Notes: a model not told the origin generated them from the letters alone. Positions 9,961-22,500 are shown, numbered from the whole stretch's first letter. The stretch is 61,751 bases of DNA, filler included, from 4 parts of 4 records of this genome joined end to end with filler, not necessarily neighbours in it, one strand, 5' to 3'. Numbers and translations: made by a program.

Positions 9961-10867
9961 TTTTATTCATATCAAACGGGGTTGTCTGATAGATGGAGTT
10001 GATCCAGTTGCCATAAAGCAGATGCGCGTGACTGCGCCACCGGTTCTGCGGCTGCTGACTTGGATCATCGTCCGGGTAGTAGTTTATCGGGACATTGATC
10101 GGTGTGCCATTTGCGACGTCGCGGTCATACTCCTGCTTGAGCGTATCGCTGTCATACTCGAAGTGGTTGAAGATATAGAGCGCGCGATGCGCCGGATCTT
10201 CAATCAGGCAGGGGCCAACATCATCGCTGCCCAGCAGCGTGATCAAATCTGGCACCGCGTCGATTTCGTATTGCCGCATCTCTGTCCAGCGGCTGACCGG
10301 AATTACGCAATCATCAGAGAACCCGCGCAAAAATGGCGATGCGGGTGCAAGATTTCTGTGCCGGAAACACCCGAAAGCCTTTGCATCCAACATATGCTTC
10401 TCCACGTCATGGAAATGGTTGATCATTGCCATGCCTCCCCAGCAGACGCCGAAGGTGGAATGCACATTGGTCTGTGTCCACTCGAACACTTCACGGATTT
10501 CATTCCAGTATGTGACATCCGTGAAGCCCAGATGCTCGATCGGTGCACCTGTGATGATCAGGCCGTCAAACTTCTGGTCCTTGACCTCCTGAAAAGGCCG
10601 ATAAAACTCGGCCATATGCGCGGCTGCTGTGTTCTTGGTCTGATGTTCGGTCATGCGGATCAGCGACAGATCGATCTGCAAAGGCGTAGCACCGATCAGA
10701 CGAGCGAACTGGTTCTCGGTTTGGATCTTCTTGGGCATCAGATTCAACAGACCGATCCGCAATGGGCGAATATCCTGCCGTGCAGCCTGATCTTCGGCCA
10801 TAACCATGACGCCCTCATTTGTCAGGACATCAAAGGCAGGCAGGTCGGAAGGGATTTTGATTGGCAT
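9950..10867 (-). CDS. metA: Homoserine O-acyltransferase MetA, probably acetyl-CoA-specific (MetAA)
   Basis: [21 protein letters not shown] catalytic Cys, [23 protein letters not shown] has Glu at the specificity position. Confidence 0.95.
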   Translation of the reverse strand: MPIKIPSDLPAFDVLTNEGVMVMAEDQAARQDIRPLRIGLLNLMPKKIQTENQFARLIGATPLQIDLSLIRMTEHQTKNTAAAHMAEFYRPFQEVKDQKFDGLIITGAPIEHLGFTDVTYWNEIREVFEWTQTNVHSTFGVCWGGMAMINHFHDVEKHMLDAKAFGCFRHRNLAPASPFLRGFSDDCVIPVSRWTEMRQYEIDAVPDLITLLGSDDVGPCLIEDPAHRALYIFNHFEYDSDTLKQEYDRDVANGTPINVPINYYPDDDPSQQPQNRWRSHAHLLYGNWINSIYQTTPFDMNKIGQ

Positions 10868-10905
10868 TTTATCACGCTGTTGAAACTGCGAAAGAAGTTT
10901 GGAAC

Positions 10906-11778
10906 TTAGGCGGGGTTGGTTCGGGTCTCAAGGGTGCGCTCGATCAACTCATCGAAATCACCACTGTCACGCACCTTTGCAATATCGTCGGCGGCGATCG
11001 TGACACCCCAGTTTCGCGCCATCGCTTCATATCGCGGCTGACGATGCGCCAGCGCTTGTGCATAGGTCCAGCGGATGAAAGCGTCCGGATCAACCTCGGC
11101 ACCCAAACAGCCATTGAGGGCAAGGTATTCAGTCCAAACACGCTTTAAGAACTCGGCCTGATAAGACATCGGTTTTGGCGCCTTATCAAAGCGCCTGATC
11201 AGCTCTTCCGTATGCGCCTCGTCGCCCTTGATCCAGATCATCAGCGTCTGACCTGACAATTCAGTCAGTATCTGATCGTTTGGATCTTCGGGTTCGACCC
11301 ACTCGCAGATGGACCCGCCCGTATCGCAGATAAAGTGCGGATAGCTGTAAAGACGCTGGGCACGGTCGATGAAATACTTGGTATCCAGCAGAGCGTGTAT
11401 TTCGGCCAGTCGGAACTGTTCCTGCCGTGTGTGGTATTCCGAGATTTCGAGGCCGCCCAGCTTGGGATTGCCAGGTTTGCCCAAATAGGCTGAAACCGGG
11501 GTCAGGTTCTCGAACGTAATGTTCGAACCGATATAGATAGAATCTGACAACAACAGCTCGCGCAGAAAGGGGACCTTCATCGCTTCGGCCTTGGCGTTGT
11601 CTGTGATGTATTCGCCCATATAGCGTGTCCCGATCCGGTAATCGATCGAGTAGTGGAACCAATCCCCGGCATCTCGCAAGGTGTTCGAGACATAGGATTT
11701 TCCCAACCCGGACATGCCGAAGAACAACACTTTCTTACGCGCAGCTTCGCGCCAGTCCTTTGACGAGTTGTAGATCAT
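10906..11778 (-). CDS. Uncharacterised P-loop ATPase/kinase upstream of metA
   Basis: GMSGLGKS Walker [20 protein letters not shown]. Confidence 0.8.
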   Translation of the reverse strand: MIYNSSKDWREAARKKVLFFGMSGLGKSYVSNTLRDAGDWFHYSIDYRIGTRYMGEYITDNAKAEAMKVPFLRELLLSDSIYIGSNITFENLTPVSAYLGKPGNPKLGGLEISEYHTRQEQFRLAEIHALLDTKYFIDRAQRLYSYPHFICDTGGSICEWVEPEDPNDQILTELSGQTLMIWIKGDEAHTEELIRRFDKAPKPMSYQAEFLKRVWTEYLALNGCLGAEVDPDAFIRWTYAQALAHRQPRYEAMARNWGVTIAADDIAKVRDSGDFDELIERTLETRTNPA

Positions 11779-11803
11779 GGTCCACCGTCCCTTGTTTTGA
11801 CCT

Positions 11804-11832
11804 AGCTAAAACGGGGCGCTGGCGGCGTCAAT
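11804..11832 (-). promoter_or_regulatory. Putative sigma70-type promoter for the ATPase-metA operon
   Basis: Minus strand TTGACG-17 nt-TAGCTA ending about 25 nt upstream of the ATPase ATG. Confidence 0.35.
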
Positions 11833-11968
11833 CGCATCGGTTGGATCGCCAGAGCGCTGACATAGCCAATTGCGAAAGTGTTCAATATCGCAAGGTACGC
11901 AGCTTGGAAATTCTGATGCGCCTGGAGAATTGGCGCTGATACTAATCCAGACTGCGTGGTTCTTAGCC

Positions 11969-11999
11969 AAAAAAAGCCCCGCCTGAAAGGCAGGGCTTT
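11969..11999 (-). terminator. Rho-independent terminator after the FadL-like gene
   Basis: Minus strand AAAGCCCTGCC-TTTCA-GGCGGGGCTTTTTTT: GC-rich stem followed by a U-tract. Confidence 0.85.
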
Positions 12000-12022
12000 G
12001 GTGATTGATCATCGTGCCGGGA

Positions 12023-13246
12023 TCAATTCAGCGCGTAGGTCACCTGAAGGCCAACGCTCCATGCGCTATTGCCGGTAAAGGTCGCGCGGTTATCCGGCCC
12101 GGTGCCGTTTGCGGTGGCGTCACCGATATCAGTATAACGCACGCCGCCCGAGATTTTGGCTTTCTCAAGTGAGTATGTACCACCCAGCCCGATGCTCCAG
12201 AAACCATCTGTCGGTCCCAGGTTCGATACGGAATTCCCCTGAGAGGTTTCGTAGCCAAGCGTTACTGCGCCCGAGAACTCATCAGTGAATTGGTAACCGA
12301 GACCAAGCGAATAGGTCCATGTCGCTTCTTCATAGTCGACAAGATTGATGCCGGTTAGGCCGGTATACACTGGTGGCGCATAGACAGTTTGCGGCCAATC
12401 AACCCAGCGCACCGAACCAAATAACAGAGTCTTGGGTGCAACACCCGTCTGGAAGTCAAGGTTGACGGATTGAGGTGTTACCACCTCGGTGGATGAATCT
12501 GCGCTGTTCCGGGCAATTTCGGGGAATGGATTGAATGCCAAGGAGTCATTAGACTCGGTCTGTGACAAATCATGTTTGATCTTAGAGTTGTACGTTAGCG
12601 CGACCCGGGCCGCGATATCGGGGCGCTCCCAAGCAACACCTACCACATAACCGAAATCGATTTCGGCATCGGTTTCAACGCGGTATCCGCCAGATGGAAA
12701 CGGCATTGTGCTAGCTCCGGCGATTGGTACCGATACGCTTGCTTTCAGCCGTTGCGCCCGGACACCACCAATTACGCTGAATCCGCTATCCAATTTATAC
12801 CGAAGCAGTGCTGTAATAGCGTCAGTGTCGGCCTTTGCCCTCAATACATCCTGGTTCGCGCCGGGCGGAAATGGAGGCGAGGAGCCTAAGACATTCTGTG
12901 ATAGCGGGTAATCCGAAGAATAGTCGATATCCGCACCAAAGGGCTGATCGTAGACCAGTGCAAAATCGAGCTTTTCGGTCAATGATGTCTTGTAGGCCAG
13001 ATGTGGCGTGAAGAAGCTGTTCGTAACATTGCCTGAGTCGACTTCTTCACCAAATGTTGGGCTGCCCGGGATCTGATCCTCCATCGATCCGCTGACATCG
13101 GGTTTGGTGTATCCCAACCGAAACTGTACGACAGAGCCTTCTTCAAACAGGATGTTGACGCCCTGACCGCTACGGTCCAGTCCGCCCGCCTGCGCGGTGG
13201 TTGCCCCGATGCACAACGCGCATGCGTGAAACAACGATCGTTTCAT
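12023..13246 (-). CDS. OmpP1/FadL/TodX family outer-membrane transporter
   Basis: Signal peptide then GGLDRSGQ; YDQPFGADIDY; PQSVNLDFQTGVA. Confidence 0.9.
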   Translation of the reverse strand: MKRSLFHACALCIGATTAQAGGLDRSGQGVNILFEEGSVVQFRLGYTKPDVSGSMEDQIPGSPTFGEEVDSGNVTNSFFTPHLAYKTSLTEKLDFALVYDQPFGADIDYSSDYPLSQNVLGSSPPFPPGANQDVLRAKADTDAITALLRYKLDSGFSVIGGVRAQRLKASVSVPIAGASTMPFPSGGYRVETDAEIDFGYVVGVAWERPDIAARVALTYNSKIKHDLSQTESNDSLAFNPFPEIARNSADSSTEVVTPQSVNLDFQTGVAPKTLLFGSVRWVDWPQTVYAPPVYTGLTGINLVDYEEATWTYSLGLGYQFTDEFSGAVTLGYETSQGNSVSNLGPTDGFWSIGLGGTYSLEKAKISGGVRYTDIGDATANGTGPDNRATFTGNSAWSVGLQVTYALN

Positions 13247-13363
13247 ATATTCCTCCCTACACTGTCCAACGGCCGGTAATGCTCATCCCATCAAGCGCAT
13301 CCGGCCTTGTTACCGTCAGTTACTGTCTTAAACTTTAAAATTTGGTCAACTGGTGACCGAGCG

Positions 13364-14269
13364 TTACTTTGTATGAGCACGCTGCGCGGGTGTTGCGGAT
13401 TTACTACGATTTTCGGACCAAACGTTAAGGAATATCCCAGCAAAAATGACTGCTGCCCCCAATAGCGTCCATTGATCCAGGGGTTCATGATAGAGAATCA
13501 TTCCCAATATCGCGATGGTTGGAAGGCGTGCGAAATCAAAGGGTACCACGATTGTCGCCGGTGCGATCGCAAGTGCATTGGTGATGCAATAATGCGCAAA
13601 CAGACCTGCCACGCCCACCAGCAAAAGGAATGGGACGGTATCCGCGTTGGGCAATGTCACCTGCCCATCAATCGCTGAGGCGACCAAACCCAGCGCGGCC
13701 TGCATCAGGGTTAACCAGAACATGATGCAGCCGATGCTGACGATACGAGTGAGGGATTTCGTTGTTATTGTCGTCAACGCGAAGAGAATCGCCGACAGTG
13801 CAGCGGCTATTACGCCGGGGCTAAGTGAGGCCTCACCCGGCTGTGCCACAATCAATATCCCGACAAATCCGATCAAGGCCGAGGTCAGCCGTAAGGCAGT
13901 CAACCGTTCGTTCAACAACAACGGAGAGAGGAGTATCACCCAGATCGGCTGCGTGAACTCCAGTGCGAAAACCTGCGCAAGAGGAATGACCGTGACCGCA
14001 TAGAACCACAGGTTCTGCCCGGTAAAGTGCAGCACGTTTCGTACTCCGTGCAGATCAAGGCGCTTGGTCGTCACCTGATGCCATTTACGGGATACAGTAA
14101 GGAAAAAGGCAACGATGCAGATCCCGACGAGGCTGCGGTAGAACATGATTTCAAATGTGTCGTGGGTCACGCTTAGTTCACGCCCGGCAATCGCCATGGA
14201 CGAGAATGAGGCAATAGCCCCTGTCATCCAAAGCGCGGCCTTGCCGATTTGCATTGAATTGCTGCCCAT
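13364..14269 (-). CDS. DMT/EamA family transporter
   Basis: About 10 TM helices, FTQPIWVILLSPLLLNERL, PFDFARLP. Confidence 0.9.
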   Translation of the reverse strand: MGSNSMQIGKAALWMTGAIASFSSMAIAGRELSVTHDTFEIMFYRSLVGICIVAFFLTVSRKWHQVTTKRLDLHGVRNVLHFTGQNLWFYAVTVIPLAQVFALEFTQPIWVILLSPLLLNERLTALRLTSALIGFVGILIVAQPGEASLSPGVIAAALSAILFALTTITTKSLTRIVSIGCIMFWLTLMQAALGLVASAIDGQVTLPNADTVPFLLLVGVAGLFAHYCITNALAIAPATIVVPFDFARLPTIAILGMILYHEPLDQWTLLGAAVIFAGIFLNVWSENRSKSATPAQRAHTK

Positions 14270-14499
14270 GATGTCTTGTTCACGTTCTGATGTTTGACGG
14301 GCAGAATAGATGGTGTTTTACGTGGTGATGCAATCACTAACGAGCCTGCCGGGTTTCTCGAACATTTGGCTCAGTTGATTATTGTCGCAGCTTTTTGCAG
14401 ATCGAATTATTGTTATATATTAGTTTCTTGTGACTTATATCTAAGGCGAAGACATGAAAGTGGATGACGAGCGGCCTTGTGAATGAAACCTGTGCCAAA

Positions 14500-15078
14500 C
14501 TAATGTTTGCTCAGGATACCCCCACTCAGAACATAGCGATCCCCGCTATGGGTGCAGACAATTTCGCCATCGCCGGACAGAGGCAGATCGAGTTGTTCAC
14601 CATACTCGCTCATCCAGCCGATTTGTTTTGCCGCAACTCCAACCATCAGCGCATAGGGCTTCACGTCCGCATTGACCACGGCACCCGCGCCGACAAACGC
14701 GAACTCTCCGATGGTTACGCCGCAAATAATGGTTGAATTGGCGCCAAGAGTGGCACCTCTCTTAACCAGAGTGTTGCGATATTCGTCTTTTCTTTCGATC
14801 AATGAGCGCGGATTATAGACGTTGGTGAAAACCATGCTTGGACCGCAAAACACACCTTCTTCCAATATGATATTGTCGTAGATCGAGACATTGTTCTGCA
14901 CTTTGCAATTGTCGCCGATGACGACTTTATTGCCAACAAACACGTTCTGTCCTAGTGAGATATTGGAACCAAGCTTGGCACCGCCGCAGATATGCACCCA
15001 ATGCCAGATTCTGCAGCCGCCTCCTATTTGTGCGCCATCATCGATTATTGCTGTATCGTGTACCGAGTAGTTGCTCAT
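14500..15078 (-). CDS. wbpD: WbpD/WlbB-like hexapeptide-repeat N-acetyltransferase
   Basis: [42 protein letters not shown]; start ATG 15078 with AAGGA RBS. Confidence 0.85.
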   Translation of the reverse strand: MSNYSVHDTAIIDDGAQIGGGCRIWHWVHICGGAKLGSNISLGQNVFVGNKVVIGDNCKVQNNVSIYDNIILEEGVFCGPSMVFTNVYNPRSLIERKDEYRNTLVKRGATLGANSTIICGVTIGEFAFVGAGAVVNADVKPYALMVGVAAKQIGWMSEYGEQLDLPLSGDGEIVCTHSGDRYVLSGGILSKH

Positions 15079-15134
15079 CGATTTGTCCTTCGCCCGCAAA
15101 CATCGCATCTTTTCAGCGCTTTAAATGAGGTTGG

Positions 15135-16605
15135 TTATTCCCACTCGATGGTTCCGGGGGGTTTCGACGTGATGTCGTAGGTGCATCGGTTGATGCCCTT
15201 GACCTCATTAATAATACGCGTCGCAGTTTCGCCCAGGAATTCGTGACTGAACGGATAGTAATCCGCCGTCATTCCATCGACCGAAGTCACCGCGCGCAGG
15301 GCACAGGCGTAATCATATGTCCGGCCATCCCCCATAACGCCGACCGTGCGAACGGGAAGGATGGCGACAAAGGCCTGCCAGATATCATCGTACAGGCCAT
15401 GTTTGCGGATCTGATCGATATAGATCGCATCAGCCTCACGCAGGATCTCGAGTTTTTCGCGCGTGATTTCTCCGGGACAGCGGATCGCAAGGCCGGGGCC
15501 GGGGAAAGGATGGCGACCGATGAAACTGTCGGGCAAACCAAGCTCGCGGCCCAAGGCGCGAACTTCATCCTTGAACAGTTCACGAAGGGGTTCGACAAGC
15601 TTCAGGCCCATTTTCTCAGGCAATCCACCCACATTGTGGTGCGATTTAATCGTGACCGATGGACCGCCCGAGAACGAGACGGATTCGATCACATCGGGGT
15701 ACAGGGTACCTTGTGCAAGAAACTCTGCGCCTTCGATTGTGTCGGCATGTTTCTGAAATACGTCGATGAACAGCTTTCCAATGATCTTGCGTTTGGTTTC
15801 GGGGTCGCTTTGCCCGTCCAACTCGCCCAGAAACAGGTCGCTTTCGTCTGCGTGAATCAATTGGATATTGTAGTTGTCGCGGAACATCCCGACGACTTCC
15901 GTCGCCTCGTTTTTGCGCAGCAAGCCGTGGTCAACGAATACACAGGTCAGTTGATCACCAATAGCTTCGTGGATCAGCATTGCCGCAACCGAACTGTCGA
16001 CGCCACCCGACAGGCCGCAGATGACCATTTTATCTCCGACCTGTTCGCGGATTGTCGCGATCATCTGTTCGCGATAGGCGCCCATGGTCCAGTCGCCCTT
16101 GAACCCGGCCAGTTTGACAAAGTTCTCGTAGAGTTTTGCGCCTTTGGGTGTGTGGTGCACCTCGGGGTGGAACTGCACCGCATAGAAATGGCGCGACGGA
16201 TCAGCGGTGATGGCAAAGGGCGCGTTGGGCGAGGTGCCAAAGACCTCAAAACCCGGTGCGATTTCGCTGACGTGGTCTCCGTGGCTCATCCAGACCTGTT
16301 CGTCACCGTCGGTAAACCAGCCATCCAGGATATCGAGCTTGTCCTGAGGCGTGACAAAAGCGCGCCCGAACTCTGCGGTGCCGTGGCCGCTTTCGACCTT
16401 GCCGCCCAGTTGATGCATCATCACCTGTTGGCCATAACAAATGCCCAAGATGGGAACGCCGTAATCAAAAATTTCCTGCGGAACGCGCGGCGAGCCTTCG
16501 CGTGTTACGCTGTCCGGACCACCGGAAAAGATCACGGCGCGAGGCGCAAAATCGCGCACAACCTCCATCGTGACATTCTGGTAGGGGTGGATTTCGCAAT
16601 AGACG
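15135..16605 (-). CDS. guaA: GMP synthase (glutamine-hydrolysing), 5' end truncated at the contig edge
   Basis: [38 protein letters not shown]. Confidence 0.97.
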
Positions 16606-16705
16606 NNNNNNNNNNNNNNNNNNNNNNNNNNNNNNNNNNNNNNNNNNNNTTAATTAATTAANNNNNNNNNNNNNNNNNNNNNNNNNNNNNNNNNNNNNNN
16701 NNNNN
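16606..16705. other. Artificial contig linker (six-frame stop)
   Basis: N44-TTAATTAATTAA-N44. Confidence 0.98.
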
Positions 16706-18229
16706 GTCCGACGACTCATCATCCGAAGCGCCCGACAATCCGCAAGACAAGGATTTTGTACCTAGTTTAGAAGAGATAACATCCGTCTCGGCGGCGGAGC
16801 AACCGCGTGCGGTGCCAACTATTACTCACCGGCGGCATGCGGCCGTTGCGCCGCCGTTCGCGCCAGCTCTCCGGTTCAACACCTCTTTGGGGGCCGAGAG
16901 GAAGGTGGTGAGAGAGAGCGGGGCAGTCAGCCAGAACGTACAGGTGAGTGAGACACCCGATTGGCTCTTCCACCGATTTTCGGCTGTGCGCAACAGACGC
17001 ATAAAACAAACGATTGAGGTGGTGGAGGGAAAGCCACCTGTGCTGCGTCTTTCTGCGCATCCAACAGACAGATATAGAAAGTCTGCCGTCCATGCAGCTC
17101 CAGCTTTGCAGGCTCGCCTTCCCATTTGGTGCAGGACTCAGGCCTGGTCTTTTGTTTTCATGTAGAATCGTCGCCGCACGCAAAAATGCTCTTCGCAGCT
17201 CGATTTCTGGAAAAGTTCATCAAAAGTTTCTTCAGAGAAACCAACATGTTGAAGAGAAGGCTTCGCCCCTATTCACACCTATTTTAAGTGCGTTTTGGAA
17301 ACTTGCTATCACAAAGAAAAGTTGCGAAGGTATATCATGCAGCGCGTGTCGCAGCGCACGAAAGTAAGACGGTGGAACATCTTGGGGTCGGAGAGCGTGC
17401 AACAACTGGTACAAAGGCACGCCCTTTTCATCCGTGCGAGTGTGCAGGTGCACGTGTCTATGGTTTACCATCGTGAATGAAGCTACTTTGGAGTGAACAG
17501 AAGGAGGAGCCGTGGCTTTGTCGCTTGAGCGGTTGTACGGAAGGCGCCACCAGTTGCTGCAACGGCGGTGCGTGCCGCGCCTGTCTCCTGTCATCGCGGT
17601 TTACGTTGGTGCGGCGCCTGTTCGTAAACGCGGTACTCTTGGCGCCGCATAGCGTTCGGCGAAGCGCCCGTGACTGCGCGTATATTTTCCACAGGAAACG
17701 AAATCATGTTACAGTCGTGTTGTTGCGTAGTATTGAGAGAAAGTGGCAACCTACTCTGCGGTCGCAGTGGCGGGCTGTGCGTGTGCGTGTGCGGGAACCT
17801 CGCGACAGGGACGTGCAATTCGGTGTGAGGCGCTGCGTCAGAGCAGCCTGTACAAACGCGCGCGGCAGTTGGTTGCTAGCGGGGTGCAGCGGCGGGTGGG
17901 CGCGAACCTCACCCCCTGTGCGGACTGCACTGGTCAGTGAGTCGCGTACCTGCTCGGCAGATCCATATTGCCGTACGGCGAAGTAGAAAGCGTTGGCTGG
18001 CGAGAAAGAGGGCGTGAGCGCGTTGTTGGTGCGTAGTCACCGAGCGCACGCGGCGGCGCCGTGCAGGCGCTGCGTCCGACCCTGGCAGAGTGCGTGGCGC
18101 TTGTGCGCTCAGCAGCAGCGTAGGAAAGCAAAGGACCGCAAATCCGCCAGTGGCTGGGCGGAAGAGCCTATGGTGGTGTCAGTAGCGCGTACAGCTCTTG
18201 AGTACGCTACAATGGCGATTTTCCGATAG
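16706..18229 (+). CDS. Possible 3' part of an unidentified multi-exon eukaryotic gene
   Basis: Open frame from the contig start (SDDSSSEAPDNPQDKDFVPSLEE...SQNVQ) ending at a GTGAG donor; further AG/GT-bounded segments follow; no family recognised. Confidence 0.3.
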
Positions 18230-18353
18230 AAGGATGCTTATAGGCTGTACAGCTGTACCCATGCGGTGCGGTCGGCAGTGTACGCGTGGCATCTGCTTCT
18301 GGCGTACTTGTGTGTGCGCGAACGTCGCAGGCCGAAGACGCGCGAGGTAGTGC

Positions 18354-18383
18354 CACGCCTATGCACGCCTATGCACGCCTATG
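18354..18383 (+). repeat. Tandem repeat (CACGCCTATG)x3
   Basis: Seen directly. Confidence 0.9.
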
Positions 18384-19555
18384 GCTCGAATACACCGTAC
18401 GCGTCCTGGAATCGTGCGAGAGTATCTTGGCGCCGTGACGAGTGGAGTGGAGCTCTTTCGCGTGCAGTTTGGGGGTAGCTGCGCGTTGCTTGCAGTGCGT
18501 TTGCGGGGCGTCGCTGCTGCATGGGCGCAGATGGAACCTGCGGTCGTGGGGTTTTGTCGAAACTGGCGAGCCGCGTGCAGTGCCGGTGTTCGAGACGGGA
18601 AACCGAGCGCGCGCCCGAAAGTTTGGTTGCACCCTGCAAAGAGGCGAGCGGCCACACAGCTGCACCCGATTTGCACCTGAAGATCTATAGCCATGATTGT
18701 GAGCACGCGAGGAGAGGTTGTGGGGCGCGCGGAGATGGGCAGAGGAAATGCGGGGCACAACCTCAGTACGTGGCGCGGTGAGAGGTGCCCGCTTGGACGC
18801 TGCGCGTCTTGGACTCTTGACTGAACTTCGTGGGCTCCTTGTGCAAGTGCTGTATTAATGGTCTCGGGAGCCTTTGCAGCCGCAAATTTTTAGCTTGAAA
18901 TATAGCATACGATCCTTCTGTAATGGAATATCATTCCATTTGGTAGTCCGTGGGATGTGGCAAGCGTGATAGGCCATAGCGCGCTGTGGTTCAGGGTCAG
19001 CGAGACCGCGAGGTTGCCATTTGGCTTGTTCGCTATGCCTGCCTTTGATTGCATCTTTCTCACGCTCTGTATCAAGCTGAGCGCCTCTACCCGCGATGTA
19101 TCTGGTAAAGGTGAGGTAGCTCATGCAATCACCTGTCTTTGCAGAGGAGGAAATGTAGGGTATGGAGGTGCTTACGCGAGGTGGTTCTCGAGGAGTCGGC
19201 AGAGTGAGGGTTTGCTTGCACCTGAGGTCGCCGTATGCTGCTGCAGGCGAACAGCCAAAACGCGCGGCGCACGCGCACTCTCCCTCCCTCTCGAAGACCG
19301 CACTTCAAGGAAATTGAACAGTTCGGCGAGGAAATATACTCGCTTGCAAGGAATACGATGTAGTGATTTTGAAGGAGAGATCTCCGAGCGGTGGAGCGCA
19401 GCGCGCCTGTGGTGCTGGCGCGGCAGTCCGTAGGAAGCAGCAAGGACTGTGAGCCGCCACGCGCGCGCCCAGCGGTCTGGATAAAGTTGGCAATATACGG
19501 TGACTATTTCCCCTGGACGAGCTGCATGTTCACATTGCAATCGTTTTCCCATTCC

Positions 19556-19587
19556 TGGCATGGCATGGCATGGCATGGCATGGCATG
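19556..19587 (+). repeat. Tandem repeat (TGGCA)x6
   Basis: Seen directly. Confidence 0.9.
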
Positions 19588-22500
19588 ACCAGCCGCGCCA
19601 TTCGGCGGTGAGTTTGGTTGGTTGGTTGTGCGGCTGTCGCCGAGATCGAATCCCTGCGGCGACCATGGCTTCCGGGAACGTATTGGGAATGTTCGCGCGT
19701 GTGTGGAAGCACCAACCACAGACTGGCAGCGAGAGCACCAGAACGTGCCAAGCAGACCACAAGGATGTTCATTCTCTTTGTTCCCATTGACTTCTGTATA
19801 TTGACAAAGTAAGCAGTTGCACTTGTTGTACACGTGTGAATGTATGAATTGCTTCCCTTGCGAAGACGTGGGTCCCTATTTTCTTCCTCCTGAAGTACCA
19901 AGAACGACGGACATCGCCTCAGCTTCGTGCCACTTTGTGAGCATGGCAGTGTTGATGCACAGCATCACATTCCCGGAATTTCTTTTCTCACTCGGCTTAC
20001 TTTGGAGTTTAATTGTTTACGATCTGTATCTTCTTATGGCATATGTCCGTGCTTGTTGTGAATTCCACAAACCGCACGCCGTTTCTATTATTATACAAAA
20101 CGCATCCTTGCCGTCCAGCAGCAAACTTCGCCCGCGCCGTTCGCGCAGTCGCCATGCTCATCTTCTACTTCTCTACAGCGAAAGGAACAGTATCGGTGAG
20201 GACAGAAGTGTGGGCGCAGTACAATATCATTCTTCTTGGTACTGCACGTTCGCAGAGTGTTTTCGCGTCGATGCGCGTGACGTATCACGCCGCACGCAAC
20301 GCTCTTTCGGCGCGCCTCGATCATATTGTAACGGTTCAGGCAGAGCGCTCGACCTCGCTGCAAGCGATGGCGTAGCACTCTCCTCCATCTTCCAAAGGGA
20401 AACACCAGCATTTTACAAGGAGCACTGTATCTACTATCGTATCGAAGGAAGAGCATAGTGTGCTTCTTCTTCCTCGCGTGCTGTACTCTATCTGGGAGCT
20501 AATCCTCTCACGGTTGCAGCGCATAGGCAGCGCGAGCTGCAGGTTGGAAGAGGCCGCAACAAAGGCAAATTCTCTCCGTAATGAGTCCGTCTCTCTCGCG
20601 CCTTGCACGACTAAGACTTGCACCATACTGCAATAACCCTGATGGTACAAACACACTTGCAACCAAGAGACCAAAGATGACCTTTGCTGGTCTTGTAGCA
20701 GCGGAAGGAGCTCGACGATTGCTCTTCATGCGCACTGCCGTTCCATGGCGACTCTCACTCCGCAAGAGTCGCGCGATGACCCACATTCACCCCTGTTTAT
20801 TGTACTTGGTTTCCAAACACTTGTACTTGTTCATCACATAGAACGTAACAAGCTGTGCGCAGAAAGACATGTATTGTAGAAGCTTGTTGTGACCCTCCTA
20901 CGTGATGCAAAGCGGCTGCACAACGACGCGTCCATACGCTCCTCGTTGCCAGCCGACTTTTCCGTTGCGCAGATGCCACTCTTTCTGCAGCGTTCCCAAA
21001 ACTTATAGAAAGAAATCGAAACATACAAAATAGTGCACACGAACTTTCCGATGAAATCAAGTAGAGTACGCAATGAACGCGTTGCTGTGCTTATCGAAGT
21101 AGAGTCGCAGCAATCTCGTTGATATTGCAGCGCCTATTCCTCTTCGTGTCCATCTTGCGATCGTGCACACATCCTCGTCGCCATGGACCATACTCGCTTC
21201 TGATGCTTCTTAGCTGCCTTCGTTGCTACTCCGGCCACTGTACCTATCGCACAAACTGATAGTTGGATTTGGTTGTAGGCATTGTTTCAAACACGTGGAG
21301 CAGCGGGAGGAGGATGCGCGTTGCTAACCGGTAATGTGGTTTCGACTCTGCACTGTCCGGTTCGCGCGCTGCAACGCTGCCATCGAAAACAAGCACCGAG
21401 AAAGCTGTGCAAGGACCAGATCCTTTCCTTTCTTTGTACGGAAGGAAAACTGAGGTAGAATGTTCCGCATGCGTACCGTAAGAAGCAACCCTTTTTCGAC
21501 CACTGCTGCACTGCGCTTGTGACTAATGGACCGCACCTAGCAGATCCCTCTCACGCTGCGGCGATGGCTACCTGTTCGCAGCCGCCTTGGATGGTACAGC
21601 ATACGCACTCCTAATTCTTCAAACCATGATTGGCGTGTTTGTGTATGAAGCAGTGTCATCAAGTGTGAAGTGTAGGCATTGGTTCCTCCGTATGCGAATT
21701 CTGCTCTGTGGCGCTCTATCGCGGTTGATGCTGCACGGCTGTTGAAGTTGGATTACACTCATTATTCCTGCCACGCTCCACAGGCTGCGACTGCCGCGTC
21801 AAGGCCCCGCAGCCACGTTCAGTTCCAGCGCCAACGCAAGGGGGAACGTTAGACCTGGTAAAAATTGTACTGTGATGGGTAGGGAGCATGGTATAATGCT
21901 TTCCAGCGCGCGTGTGGGTCCATGTGCGACGGTGTCTGGTGCACTTGTGTACGCTCGCATCACGGCGCTGCGGGAGAGCCAGGGCGGCGGCGGCACGCCG
22001 GTCGTCCTCAACGCCACTGCAGGAGTCCGACTCTCTCCCATGCCACGCTCCTGTTCTATGCGACCCATGATATTACATGGTATGGATTTATAGGAAATAT
22101 TTTCTAGGGTATGGTTTGCAGTGGCGAGGAAGCCTGCATGAGACGCCGCAAGGGAGTTTCTCTTCTGCAACGGTTGCTGCCACCGTTTCCGCAGTTGCCC
22201 TCTCGCCCCAAACGAAGCGCAGCTTGCGCGATTTTCGGCAAGGCTTCGCACTCAACCTCAGGTCCAGAAGCCTGCCAAACCCAGAAATGTTATTGGTGCA
22301 GTACAGTAAGCAAAGCTAGTGAGAGTTAAAAAACAGAAGCGGGTTTACAAGTTCATTGGTGTCAGTACTGCGGATAGCGTACGCCGCTCAACGTTGGTCT
22401 CCAGCGGGAAGCTTCCCCGCTGGGTGCGGAGGTCCGAGGTGGTGAACTCCGAAAGGCGGTCGAGAGAAACGCGGAGGTGACCCTACATCCCTACCCTGGA

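Noticed and set aside
11779..11960. SAM riboswitch upstream of the metA operon
   Set aside because: No SAM-II or SAM-SAH consensus could be seen
16650..16661. TTAATTAATTAA repeated three times in the window
   Set aside because: It is the artificial six-frame-stop linker embedded in N runs, not a biological repeat
7387..16661. Long plus-strand ORFs (7387-8166, 9722-10909, 15243-16661)
   Set aside because: Antisense shadows of TetR, metA and guaA
19800..21260. Stop-codon reassignment (TAG read as sense) in the eukaryote
   Set aside because: PSMB4 and the MFS gene end at TAG, RPS2 at TAA and PTAR1 at TGA, at plausible C-termini, and no conserved exon contains an in-frame stop
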